A stretch of DNA of 64,000 nt from Thermoguttaceae bacterium (GTDB lineage: Bacteria; Planctomycetota; Planctomycetia; Pirellulales; Thermoguttaceae): NCBI GenBank assembly GCA_052139835.1, contig JBKQVT010000104.1:323-64322 (forward strand), given 5' to 3'. Under the pieces are notes generated by a model that searched no databases, was not told the origin of the DNA, and was given only the letters and a program-made list of their open reading frames with translations. Position 1 is the stretch's first letter. Each line of letters begins with the position of its first letter. This document shows, in pieces, positions 53,246 to 61,574 of this stretch. The position numbers were made by a program, and so were the translations under genes.

Positions 53246-55200
53246 GGCTTTTGTTTCCGCTGCCGCTGGGCCCAGAGCTGCTCGACCACTTTCGCCCCGG
53301 CGCCGCCGTAAAGCCGCGGGCGCGGGGGAATCAGCGACACGTCCACGTCCTCGTAGCGGAGCGCCGGCTGGCCGTCGGCGGAAAACTCGGCGACGGTGGT
53401 CTTCAGCCAGCGTCGCGTGTTCTCTTGGAAGCGATCGACCCATTGCTCCGCCGCGCGGCGGGCCTCGGCCGTGTCGCCCGAGGGCAAATCGGGCATGGCG
53501 AACTCGGGCTTGTAGTGGGCGCCGCGACACTCGTCGCGGGCCAGCGCGCCGCGGAGGATCGCCTTGGCCAGCGGAAACATGTCGCCCAACGCGCGGGCGA
53601 AGACTGCGTTCTGATTGAGCCAGTTGCCGGTGTCGGAGAGCGAGCAGTGCCGGGCCTGCTCGTCCAAGTCCTCGACCGCGGCGCAGGCCTCGGCCAGCTC
53701 GTCGTTGCGGCGGACGACCGTGCCGGCACGCGTCATCACGCGCCCCAGTTCGGCATGGATGCGATAGGGGTTGGGGCCGCCTTCGGGCCGCGCCAACAAG
53801 GCCCGGTAGTCGGCCAGGTGCCGCATCGCCGGCTGGTCGAACAGCGAAGAGGGCTGCTCGGTCGCCGCGGCGCCCGGCAGGTTGCTGATATAGCGGAGCA
53901 CGCCCGGCGCGACGATCAGGCCGCTGAAGAGGCAAGCCACCAGCGAGTTGGCCCCCAGGCGGTTGGCGCCGTGAAATTGATATTCGCATTCGCCGATGGC
54001 GAACAGCCCCGGGATATTGGTCTGCTGGTTGCGGGGCGAGCCGACGACCAGCCCGCCGGCCGCGCTGCGCTCGTAGTCGCACCACAGCCCGCCCATCGTG
54101 TAGTGGACGGCGGGGAAGATTTTCATGGGCGTGGTGCGGGGGTCGGCGCCCTGGAATTTCTGATAGATGTCCAGCACGCCGCCCAGCTTGCGGTCGAGCG
54201 TCTCGCGGGGCAGTTGAGTCACGTCGAGATAGACGCAGGGGCGGTCGCGCTCGACGCTCAGGCCCTCGCGGAAGCAGACGTCGAAGAGTTCGCGGGTAGC
54301 GATGTCGCGCGGCACCAGGTTGCCATAGGTCGGATAGCGCTCTTCGAGGAAATAGAACCGCTCCTTCTCGGGAATCTGCGCGGGCGGCCTGGGGTCTTGC
54401 GGCGTGTGGGGCACCCAGATGCGGCCCCCCTCGCCGCGGACGCTCTCGCTGATGAGCCGCAGCTTGTCGGGGCCGGGGATGGCCGTGGGATGGACCTGGA
54501 TGAACTCGGGGTTGGCGTAATACGCCCCTGCCTGGAAGCAGCGGCTCACCGCGCTGCCGTTGCAGGCCATCGAGTTGGTCGAGAGGCCGAACAAGAGGCC
54601 GGCGCCGCCGCCGGCGACGATCACGGCGTCGGCCGGCAGGGCGTGAATCTTCATCGTCACCAGGTCCTGGGCGACGCAGCCGCGGCAGCGGCCGTGTTCG
54701 TCCAGCACCGGGCCAAGGAAGTCCCAGCACTCGTACTTCGTCACCTTGCCGGCCACGCACCAGCGGCGGACCTGCTCGTCCAGGGCATAGAGCAACTGCT
54801 GGCCGGTGGTGGTTCCGGCGAAGGCCGTGCGGCGGAAGAGCGTGCCGCCGAAGCGGCGCTGGTCGCGAAAGCCCTCGTGGGTGCGATTGAACGTCACGCC
54901 CAGCCGGTCCAGCAGGTCGATGATCCGCGGGGCCCAATCGACCATCTCGCGCACGGGGGGCTGATTCTGCAGGAACTCGCCGCCGTAGACGGTGTCCTCG
55001 AAATGGTTCCAGGTGCTGTCGCCGAGCTGCCGGGTGAGGTCGTTGACGCTGTTGATGCCGCCCTGGGCGCAGCAGCTATGCGAGCGGCGCAGCGGCAGCA
55101 GGCTCATGATGTCGACGTTGCAGTCGAGCTCGGCCAGTTTCATGGCCGCGGCCATGCCGGCCAATCCGCCGCCGACGATCATCACGCGCACGTTTGCCAC
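53242..55200 (-). CDS. sdhA: succinate dehydrogenase/fumarate reductase flavoprotein subunit
   Basis: VMIVGGGLAGMAAAMKLAE FAD fold, covalent-FAD His context RRSHSCCAQGGIN, HYTMGGL, RLGANSL. GTG 55200 with AAGGAG 8 nt upstream. Confidence 0.9.
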   Translation of the reverse strand: MANVRVMIVGGGLAGMAAAMKLAELDCNVDIMSLLPLRRSHSCCAQGGINSVNDLTRQLGDSTWNHFEDTVYGGEFLQNQPPVREMVDWAPRIIDLLDRLGVTFNRTHEGFRDQRRFGGTLFRRTAFAGTTTGQQLLYALDEQVRRWCVAGKVTKYECWDFLGPVLDEHGRCRGCVAQDLVTMKIHALPADAVIVAGGGAGLLFGLSTNSMACNGSAVSRCFQAGAYYANPEFIQVHPTAIPGPDKLRLISESVRGEGGRIWVPHTPQDPRPPAQIPEKERFYFLEERYPTYGNLVPRDIATRELFDVCFREGLSVERDRPCVYLDVTQLPRETLDRKLGGVLDIYQKFQGADPRTTPMKIFPAVHYTMGGLWCDYERSAAGGLVVGSPRNQQTNIPGLFAIGECEYQFHGANRLGANSLVACLFSGLIVAPGVLRYISNLPGAAATEQPSSLFDQPAMRHLADYRALLARPEGGPNPYRIHAELGRVMTRAGTVVRRNDELAEACAAVEDLDEQARHCSLSDTGNWLNQNAVFARALGDMFPLAKAILRGALARDECRGAHYKPEFAMPDLPSGDTAEARRAAEQWVDRFQENTRRWLKTTVAEFSADGQPALRYEDVDVSLIPPRPRLYGGAGAKVVEQLWAQRQRKQKP

Positions 55201-55204
55201 GGCT

Positions 55205-55984
55205 TCAGGCTCCTTTCCGATAGGCCAGCATGGCGGCGCCGGCGGCGACCGCGGCCAGGCAGGCGATGGGGGCCGTCGCGCCGGCCGGGGCCACGCGGAG
55301 CATGCCCACCAGGGCGCCGAGGCCGACGGCCAGAAGCGCCAGGCCGGCGGCGGCACAAGGATAGTTGGCCCCGCGCCGGGCGGCCTGGCTGGTCCAGACG
55401 CCCCAGGTGCTGCCGGCGGTCCAAAGTCCGTTGCCCAGGTGGTAGACGCTGACCGTCACGCCCACGGCGTAGGCGGCGATCACCCAGGCCGAGGCGGAGA
55501 TGGCCCGCGAGGCGGTCTCGGCCGCATTCTGGTAATCGAACAGGGCCCCGCCCAGCGGCCTGGTGACGTGTTGGCTCCACCAGGGAATCTCCAGCCAGCC
55601 GCGCATCTGGAAGACGTGCCAGAGAATAAATGCGAAGGCGGCCACGCCCGTCAGACGCTGCAACGTGTAGCGGATGTTGCCGGCGTAGGGATAGTTGAGC
55701 AGGTTGCGTTTGCCGCGGAGCACGATCACCAGGCCGACGAGGCCGTGGAAGAGAATGGGCAGGAGGACCAATCCCCATTCGAGGAAGAAGAGCGTGGTGG
55801 GGCCGACGGCATGGATCTGGTCGGCCCGCCGCTGGTAGGTTTCTGCGCCGTCGAGCACGGCGGCGTTGGTCGCCAGGTGGAAGGCCAGGTAGCCGCTGAC
55901 GAAAACGACGCCGGTGAGCGAGTGCAGGCGGCGAATGACGAATTCGTGGCGGCCGAAGAATGCGTCGAAACACGGTATTCGCAC
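55205..55984 (-). CDS. sdhC: succinate dehydrogenase cytochrome b subunit (single-subunit, 5-TM type)
   Basis: About 260 aa, five hydrophobic helices with conserved His (RRLHSLTG..., ILFHGLVG, ILWHVFQ, VYHLGNG), positioned directly upstream of sdhA. GTG 55984 has AGGAG 8 nt upstream. Confidence 0.75.
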   Translation of the reverse strand: MRIPCFDAFFGRHEFVIRRLHSLTGVVFVSGYLAFHLATNAAVLDGAETYQRRADQIHAVGPTTLFFLEWGLVLLPILFHGLVGLVIVLRGKRNLLNYPYAGNIRYTLQRLTGVAAFAFILWHVFQMRGWLEIPWWSQHVTRPLGGALFDYQNAAETASRAISASAWVIAAYAVGVTVSVYHLGNGLWTAGSTWGVWTSQAARRGANYPCAAAGLALLAVGLGALVGMLRVAPAGATAPIACLAAVAAGAAMLAYRKGA

Positions 55985-55986
55985 GA

Positions 55987-57426
55987 TCAAAGCTCCTGGG
56001 AGCGAATCACGACGAGCTTCTCGATCTGCATGTCCTTCATGGTATACGGAATGCCGCCGACGCCCAAGCCCGATTCCCGCAGGCCGGCAAAGGGCATCCA
56101 ATCGACGCGGAAGGCGGTGTGGTCGTTGACCATGACGGCGGAGGCGTCCAGCCGCCGGGCCGCCCGCAGGGCCGTGTCCAGGTCGCGGGTGAAGACTGCC
56201 GCCTGGAAGGCGTAGGGGAGCGCATTGGCCCGCGCGATCGCCTCGTCCAGCTCGTCGCAGGGCACGACGCAGACCACCGGGCCGAAGACCTCGTGGGTCA
56301 TGACGCGCGAATCGGCCGGCGGGTTGTAGAGCACGGTGGGGGCGTAGCACGTCGGGCCCAGCGGGCGGCCGCCGCAGCACAATTTCGCCCCGCCGCCGAC
56401 CGCCTCGGCGACCCACTTCCCCACGCGCTCGACCTCGGAGGGGCGAATTAAGGGGCCGACCTGCGTCTGGGGCAGCACCGGATCGCCCACCGTCAAGGCC
56501 CCGGCCTGCTGGGCAATGGCGTCGGCCAGCTTCTCGGCGATTTGCCTCACGGCGAAGACCCGCTGCACGGAGACGCAGACCTGGCCGGCATGATAGAAGC
56601 CTCCCTTGACCAGCAGCGGGACCATGGCGGCGAAATCAGCGTCGGCGGCCACCACCACCGGGGCCACGCCGCCGTGCTCCAGCGAGCAGCGCGTGCCGGG
56701 GGCCAACTGCGACCGCAACATCCAGCCCACCCGAGAGCTGCCGATGAAACTGAAGAAGCCCACCCGCCGGTCGCCGGCCAGCCGGCGGTTGAGTTCCTCG
56801 TCGCCGGTCAAGAGGGCCTGGCACCACTCCGCCGGCAGCCCGGCCTCGCGGAGGATGCCGACGAACCGCCAGCAGGAGAGCGGGGCCGCCTTGGCCGGCT
56901 TGACGATCACCGGGCAGCCGGCCGCCACCGCCGGGCCGACCTGGTGGACGATCAGGTTCAGGGGGTGATTGAAGGCGCTGAAGGCGACCACGACGCCGAT
57001 GGGCTCGTGGCGGGTGAAGGCCAAGCGCCCGGCCGAGGCCGCATTGAGTCCCATGGGCACTTCGCGGCCGGCCTGGGTGCGGAGGCATTCGACGCACAAC
57101 CGCACGCCGTCGATCGCCCGATCCACCTCGACCAACGAATCGACCAGCGGCTTACCGCCTTCGCGGGCCGCCTCGATGGCCAACTGCTCGCGCCGCCCTT
57201 GCATAATCGCGGCCGCGGCCTGCAGGACCTCGATCCGCCGGGCCGGGCCCAGCCAGCGGTCACGATCGCAAAACAAGCCATAGGCGGTCTTAAGTGCCTG
57301 CTCGATGCCGGACTCCCCGGCGCAGGCCACCGTGGCGATCAGCGTGCGATCAAAGGGGGCGAAGACCTCGGCATGGGCCGCGTCGCCCTCAGCGCCCGGA
57401 ACCAGTAAAGGGAAGTGCTCGGCCAT
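55987..57426 (-). CDS. NAD(P)-dependent aldehyde dehydrogenase (candidate succinic-semialdehyde dehydrogenase)
   Basis: ALDH-family collinearity: FSFIGSSRVGW, SLEHGGVAP (ELGG-like), catalytic GQVCVSVQRVF, EVFGPV. Stop is 2 nt from the sdhC start. Confidence 0.85.
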   Translation of the reverse strand: MAEHFPLLVPGAEGDAAHAEVFAPFDRTLIATVACAGESGIEQALKTAYGLFCDRDRWLGPARRIEVLQAAAAIMQGRREQLAIEAAREGGKPLVDSLVEVDRAIDGVRLCVECLRTQAGREVPMGLNAASAGRLAFTRHEPIGVVVAFSAFNHPLNLIVHQVGPAVAAGCPVIVKPAKAAPLSCWRFVGILREAGLPAEWCQALLTGDEELNRRLAGDRRVGFFSFIGSSRVGWMLRSQLAPGTRCSLEHGGVAPVVVAADADFAAMVPLLVKGGFYHAGQVCVSVQRVFAVRQIAEKLADAIAQQAGALTVGDPVLPQTQVGPLIRPSEVERVGKWVAEAVGGGAKLCCGGRPLGPTCYAPTVLYNPPADSRVMTHEVFGPVVCVVPCDELDEAIARANALPYAFQAAVFTRDLDTALRAARRLDASAVMVNDHTAFRVDWMPFAGLRESGLGVGGIPYTMKDMQIEKLVVIRSQEL

Positions 57427-57450
57427 CGCGTTTTGTCCTCCAATGTCCCG

Positions 57451-57540
57451 TCTCCCGCCGGGAGAGGGTTAGGGTGAGGGCTTTGTGCTTCTCTCCGACG
57501 TCGCCCTCACCCCCGGCCCCTCTCCCAAAGGGAGAGGGGA
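57451..57540. repeat. two inverted copies of the CCCTCACCC/CCCTCTCCC..GGGAGAGGG REP family
   Basis: Copy a 57451-57481 (tctcccgccgggagagggttagggtgagggc), copy b 57503-57540 (gccctcacccccggcccctctcccaaagggagagggga). Each has its own hairpin and the two can pair with each other. Confidence 0.8.
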
Positions 57541-57553
57541 GATGTTTACCTCA

Positions 57554-59188
57554 TCACACCGGACAGACCATCTTGCTGAGCTTCTCGGTGAGCTTCATGT
57601 TCTCGGCATAGTCCACCGGGCAGTCGATCACCACCACGGTGTCGTCGGCCAGGGCCTGCTGCAAAATGGGCCGCAGTTGGTCGGCGGCCTCGACGCGGTA
57701 GCCCTTGGCGCCGAAGCTCTCGGCATACTTCACGAAATCGGGGTTGCCGAAACGGACGTGGGCGGGCCGGCCGAAATGCCGCAACTGGTGCCACTCGATC
57801 AGGCCGTAGCCGTTGTCGTTCCAAATCAGGATCACGATCGGCGTGCCGATCCGCAGGGCCGTCTCGATCTCCTGCGAATTCATCATGAAGCCGGCGTCGC
57901 CGGTCACCGCCACCGCCGGCCGATCGGGATAGGCCAGCTTGGCGGCCACGGCGCCGGGCACGCCGATCCCCATGGCGGCGAAGCCGTTGGAAATGATGCA
58001 CGAGTTGGGCCGCTCGGGCTGATAGAGCCGGGCCATCCAGACCTTGTGGGCGCCCACGTCGCAGACCACGTTGCAATGGGCGGCCAGCACCCGCTGCAAG
58101 TCCCAGACGATCCGCTGGGGCTTCATCGGGCAGCATTCGTCGTTGGCGTACTCGCACAATTCGTTCATGATCGCTTGCCACAGGCCGGCGGCCGGGTAGT
58201 GGTCCTGCGGCCGGGTCAAAGCGGCCAGACCGTCCAGCGACGCCGCGATGTCGCCCAGCACGCCGCAGGCCACGATGTAGTGCTCGTCCACCTCGGCTGG
58301 CGCCGAATCGACGTGTACGATCTGCCGGTCCTTGCTGGGATGCCAGAAGCTGGGCGGATACTCGACCATGTCGTAGCCGACGCAGATGATCACGTCGGCG
58401 CGATCGAAGCCGCAGGCCACGTAATCGTGCGCCCGCATCCCCACCGCCCCCAGCCACACGCAGTGCGAGAACGGCACCACCCCCTTGGCCATGAAGGTCG
58501 AGGCCACGGGAATGTGCAGCTTCTCGGCGAAACGCAGCAACTGCTTGGCGGCGCGGGCGCGGATCACGCCGTTGCCGGCCATGATCAGCGGGTAGCGGGC
58601 GTGGGAAATAATGTCCGCCGCTTGCCGCAGCTTCTGCGGCGGAGGCACCGACTGGATCGGCCGCTGCACCCGCAACGGCACCTTCCCCTCGACCCGCAGC
58701 CGCGCCACGTCCTCGGGAAAGTCGATGAATCCCACCCCCGGCTTCTCCGTCTCCGCCTGCTTGAAGGCCTTGCGGACCACCTCGGGAATCGTCTCCGGGT
58801 GCACGATCTGGGTGTGGAATTTCGAGATCGGCGCGAAGAGGTTCACCAGGTCCAGGGCCTGGTGGCTCTCCTTGTGCATCCGCGTGGTGGCGGCCTGGCC
58901 GGAAATCGCCACCAGCGGCGCCCGGTCCATGTTGGCGTCGGCCACGCCGGTCACGAGGTTGGTGGCCCCGGGGCCCAGCGTCGCCAGGCACACCCCTGCC
59001 CTGCCGGTCAGCCGACCGTACACGTCGGCCATGAAGGCGGCGCCCTGCTCGTGGCGGGTGGCGATGAAGCGGATGGGACTGTCCAGCAGGACGTCCATGA
59101 TGTCGATGTTTTCCTCGCCGGGGATGCCGAAAATGTACTCGACCCCCTCATTCTCCAGGCAGCGCACGAAGAGTTCAGCAGCTTTCAT
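57554..59188 (-). CDS. thiamine-diphosphate enzyme of the acetolactate synthase (AlsS)-like family (candidate 2-oxoglutarate decarboxylase)
   Basis: MKAAELFVRCLENEGVEYIFGIPGEENIDIMD...RHEQGAAFMADVYGRLTG...LGPGATNL and ThDP motif GDAGFMMNSQEIETALRIGTPIVILIWNDNGYG. Confidence 0.85.
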   Translation of the reverse strand: MKAAELFVRCLENEGVEYIFGIPGEENIDIMDVLLDSPIRFIATRHEQGAAFMADVYGRLTGRAGVCLATLGPGATNLVTGVADANMDRAPLVAISGQAATTRMHKESHQALDLVNLFAPISKFHTQIVHPETIPEVVRKAFKQAETEKPGVGFIDFPEDVARLRVEGKVPLRVQRPIQSVPPPQKLRQAADIISHARYPLIMAGNGVIRARAAKQLLRFAEKLHIPVASTFMAKGVVPFSHCVWLGAVGMRAHDYVACGFDRADVIICVGYDMVEYPPSFWHPSKDRQIVHVDSAPAEVDEHYIVACGVLGDIAASLDGLAALTRPQDHYPAAGLWQAIMNELCEYANDECCPMKPQRIVWDLQRVLAAHCNVVCDVGAHKVWMARLYQPERPNSCIISNGFAAMGIGVPGAVAAKLAYPDRPAVAVTGDAGFMMNSQEIETALRIGTPIVILIWNDNGYGLIEWHQLRHFGRPAHVRFGNPDFVKYAESFGAKGYRVEAADQLRPILQQALADDTVVVIDCPVDYAENMKLTEKLSKMVCPV

Positions 59189-59234
59189 GGCGGTTCACAA
59201 GTTGAGACAGGAAGAGACACCACGGAGGGAAAAC

Positions 59235-59307
59235 GGGATTTAGGGATTTCGGGATTTAGGGATGGCGAGCCGGGGGGTTTATCCCCCCGGTTTCGCTGCG
59301 CCGCCGC
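59235..59307 (+). repeat. composite element, second copy: (GGGATTTN)x3.5 plus 26-nt hairpin core plus GC tail
   Basis: gggattta gggatttc gggattta ggga, then GCGAGCCGGGGGGTTTATCCCCCCGG (59265-59290) and tttcgctgcgccgccgc. Confidence 0.9.
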
Positions 59308-59420
59308 TAATCACCGCAGCCGTGTTCTCCGTGTTTCCCTGGTGTTTTTCTTTTCCCCCGTAATCATACGCACGGAGGGGATGATTGCCAAGCCGTTCTA
59401 GGAAAAAACCTGCGCTTCGT

Positions 59421-61562
59421 TCAGAAACCGACGCCAGTCCCCCCCTTCGACTCCACTTCGAAAAGCCCGATGCCGCCTTTCTCCAGCGGCCACGTGGTCA
59501 GATGTCGCCCGGTAAAATCCAGTTCCTCCCATGGCACCGCGGACCCGGTTCCATCAAATTGCATCCCATGGTAATGGCCGGAACCTGAAGGGGCCCAGGT
59601 CTGAAAGTCGCAGGCCAGGTCGATCTTGCGAGTTTTGCCGCTGGTGTTGACCACGATGACCAGCACCTTTCCACGCAAGACATACGCGGTCACCAGCGCC
59701 TCGGGACACGGCTCGGCAAGGATGCACTCGCCGATCAGCGTGCCGTCGGTGAAATAGGGGAGAAACTCCGCACGCAGCCGGGCGCATTGCTTCAAGGCCC
59801 GACTCAGCTCCGCGTGGTTGGCGATCCAATCGCTGGCGTTGGCGCCGTCGGGCTTCCGCGGCTGGACGTTCAGGTAGCGGTTCAGCGCGAAGCCCTCTTT
59901 CACCTCCGCCGGCGAGGCGTCGATGTTGAGGTTGATCCGCGGCGTGGGAAAGACGCTCGTGACGGCTCGGCAGTCCTTCAGCATGTCCCAGTTCCAAGAG
60001 TAATCGAGGTAGTCGCAGGAGACTTCCATGGCAGCCACGACTTCCGCGGAAAAGGTCGATTGGGGATCGCGGCGGCGGGAGTAATCGCGGATTTGCCGGG
60101 TGAGCGTGAGCACGTTCGGCTCCGGGGGCTCGATGAAATACTGGTCCCAGGAGAGCGAGGGGATGCCCATGTCCACGAGGTGCCGGCAGGATTCGAGCAC
60201 CTCCCGCTGCCAGATGGGATTGTGCGAGTTGATCTGCACGGAGCTGTAGGCATGGGCGTAAGACGGGTTGAAACGGGGAATGAACTCGGGGTGATAGGTC
60301 CAGCCTTCGTTGCCGGACACCTTCAGACCATACCTGGCGGCAGTCTTCTCCTTGGCATTGAAGACGCTGATGAAGGGGACCACGTTCACGCCGAGCCGCT
60401 TGCACTCGGTCACGGCCCGGACAAACCCCTCATCGCCGCCGAGGTGTTTCCAAAACGGCGGCAGCGGCAAGAGGAAGCCCTCCGAGGGCCCCCACACTAC
60501 CATCTCGTCCAGCCCGTGCTCTTTGGCTTCCTTCGCCAGCTTGGGCAGGTCGGCGAAGGTGAAGTTGGCATCCTGCGGGTCGTCGGGATAGTTGCGGGAA
60601 AGCCAGACGGTGCGGAAACCCAGGCCGCGGCGGACGTGCTCCGGCAGTGGCACGACCCGCTTGATGTTCTGCCGGACCCAGGTCCGGTAGGGCTCGATTC
60701 CCTTGGCCCAGCCGGCCGCGTGGGGCGTGAGCCAGTACTCGCCGCTGTTCCACTGCGCAGCGGGGGCGATCGTCACGTCCTGGGGGAAGACCATGCGGAG
60801 CTTTTTGTTGGTTTCCCAGAGGTGCAGCAGCATGACCATCGTTGGTTGCACGCCCCACTGGCGGGCAAAGAGGCTCAGCCCGCCGCGGAGGCTGCCGTAG
60901 TCGATCCAACGCACGATCATCTCGCTGTACAGGCCGTTGGCGGCGATCCAGCGCACCACGCCCGGATTGCCCTCCAGCGGCGCGGGCGGCGAGGGACGAA
61001 GATCGGCGAACGGCCTGGTCACGCATCCTCCGCTGCGAACCTCGGTTGGCGCGGCGCCCTGGATCGGCGTCAGTCCCACCAGGTCTGGGAAGAGAACCTG
61101 CATGACCGGTCTGGTCGAGCGGTTGTCAATCGAGCAACTCAAAACGATCGAGCGGCCGTCCGGCGCAGCCTGGAACGTCACGGTCGCAGCAATCGGACCG
61201 CCTGCCGAGGGGCCGCCGAGCCGGTCCCAGTGGATCGTGAGGGTGTCGGCGGCCCTCGTAATCTTCACCCGCTTGGAGCGCCGGGCGGCAAGGGTCGCCG
61301 TGACGCCCGGCTTTTCCCCAGCCTGCACCACGTCGACCACCCCGGCGGCCTCGGGCGTGGTCTCCAGAATCGTCCCCGCGCCCGTGTGGGCAAGCCGCAA
61401 GAGGACGCCGGAGTTGTCGTCCAACACGATGTGCAGTCCGTTGAGCGTTGTCTCGACGGGCGCCGCACGCGCCGCGTTCGATCCGCCGCCGGGCAGCGCC
61501 AGCACGGCCGCGGCCGCCAGCGAAAACAGAGTGCTAACGAAACGCGAGCGGTTCATGTTCAT
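59421..61562 (-). CDS. secreted hypothetical protein: N-terminal beta-rich domain plus C-terminal TIM-barrel-like (glycoside-hydrolase-like) domain
   Basis: Signal peptide MNMNRSRFVSTLFSLAAAAVLALPG. The first ~300 aa are paralogous to the next gene. The C-terminal half has alternating beta/alpha pattern (DEMVVWGP, VNVVPFISV, PSLSWDQYF). Confidence 0.65.
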   Translation of the reverse strand: MNMNRSRFVSTLFSLAAAAVLALPGGGSNAARAAPVETTLNGLHIVLDDNSGVLLRLAHTGAGTILETTPEAAGVVDVVQAGEKPGVTATLAARRSKRVKITRAADTLTIHWDRLGGPSAGGPIAATVTFQAAPDGRSIVLSCSIDNRSTRPVMQVLFPDLVGLTPIQGAAPTEVRSGGCVTRPFADLRPSPPAPLEGNPGVVRWIAANGLYSEMIVRWIDYGSLRGGLSLFARQWGVQPTMVMLLHLWETNKKLRMVFPQDVTIAPAAQWNSGEYWLTPHAAGWAKGIEPYRTWVRQNIKRVVPLPEHVRRGLGFRTVWLSRNYPDDPQDANFTFADLPKLAKEAKEHGLDEMVVWGPSEGFLLPLPPFWKHLGGDEGFVRAVTECKRLGVNVVPFISVFNAKEKTAARYGLKVSGNEGWTYHPEFIPRFNPSYAHAYSSVQINSHNPIWQREVLESCRHLVDMGIPSLSWDQYFIEPPEPNVLTLTRQIRDYSRRRDPQSTFSAEVVAAMEVSCDYLDYSWNWDMLKDCRAVTSVFPTPRINLNIDASPAEVKEGFALNRYLNVQPRKPDGANASDWIANHAELSRALKQCARLRAEFLPYFTDGTLIGECILAEPCPEALVTAYVLRGKVLVIVVNTSGKTRKIDLACDFQTWAPSGSGHYHGMQFDGTGSAVPWEELDFTGRHLTTWPLEKGGIGLFEVESKGGTGVGF

Positions 61563-61574
61563 TTTCCCTTTGAG

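Noticed and set aside
52409-54937. 842-aa ORF that appears to fuse sdhB to a long upstream region, and likewise 55205..56416 for sdhC
   Set aside because: The upstream parts are alternative frames of sdhA and of the ALDH gene and are compositionally aberrant. True starts with SD-like sequences exist at 53245 and 55984.
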